Origin: Malacoraja senta
Taxonomy: Eukaryota
NCBI GenBank assembly: GCA_038087875.1
Contig: CM075977.1
Span: 123,442,001-123,506,000, forward strand
Direction: 5' to 3'
Length of the DNA stretch: 64,000 bases
A program made the translations under genes and the position numbers. The notes beneath the pieces are model-generated. The model did not search any database. It was given only the letters and a program-made list of their open reading frames with translations, and had not been told where the DNA came from. Positions 63,719 to 64,000 of this stretch are shown here, piece by piece. Position 1 is the first letter of the stretch; the number at the start of each line of letters is the position of its first letter.

Positions 63719-64000
63719 CTCAAATTCTACTCTTGTGGTGTTGACCATTGTACAATATTGCACTTATTCTCAATAGAATACTTTTTCAAATAAGTGTGAA
63801 GATAAATGGCAGTAACAAAAATGGAATTTATACTTATATTGGTCACACCGAACAATGACAAAGAAACAACATGTCCACTCTGTTTCGATTGGGACACATG
63901 AAAGCGTTGTTGTTCTACCTTAATATAACCCAACTGCTGAATTAAAGAACAGTAAAGCATAGAAAATGGTAGTTCGTCCAATCAAGACAGTTGGGAAAGT

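Larger units (their letters stand above)
26254..64000 (-). other. efna5: efna5 intron 1 (partial, >37.7 kb); exon 1 (signal peptide) is outside the window
   Basis: No signal-peptide/ADRYAVYWNSSNP-like exon was seen between exon 2 and the window end. Vertebrate efna5 intron 1 is known to be very long. Confidence 0.8.

Noticed and set aside
26254-64000. Recursive splice sites (polypyrimidine-AG|GTRAG) in the long intron 1
   Set aside because: I found no convincing minus-strand match by eye. AG|GTGAGT near 43345-43352 lacks a pyrimidine tract. A motif scan would be needed to exclude them.

Overview
Eukaryotic (vertebrate) genomic DNA. The repeat content (HER1-type CR1 LINEs, HE1/V-SINE-type tRNA SINEs, Neptune-like Penelope elements, Rex1, L2) points to a cartilaginous fish, probably a skate or ray; this is inferred from repeats only. 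The window holds the 3' part of one gene on the minus strand, ephrin-A5 (efna5). Coding exons 2-5 lie at 25961-26253, 8507-8572, 8083-8163 and 2115-2233, all with canonical AG/GT sites and matching phases, followed by a repeat-free putative 3'UTR. Exon 1 lies beyond the right edge, so 26254-64000 is all intron 1. Nearly every ORF in the supplied track is either spurious or a decayed retroelement fragment. The most notable non-genic signal is a dispersed family of about 18 Penelope-derived elements, most of them short. Many carry a minimal hammerhead-ribozyme core (CTGAAGA-stem II-GAAAC-GTH), they fall into two subfamilies with structure-preserving differences, and many have 9-16 bp target-site duplications and foldback or stuttered structures. 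Other highlights: an RBFOX/QKI-type splicing code around the symmetric exon 4, intact-ended Harbinger-type and hAT-type MITEs, a locally templated 122-bp duplication, an L2-CR1 chimera, and several repeat-free blocks that may be conserved enhancers. Repeat boundaries were read by eye and are approximate unless a TSD or TIR is given.
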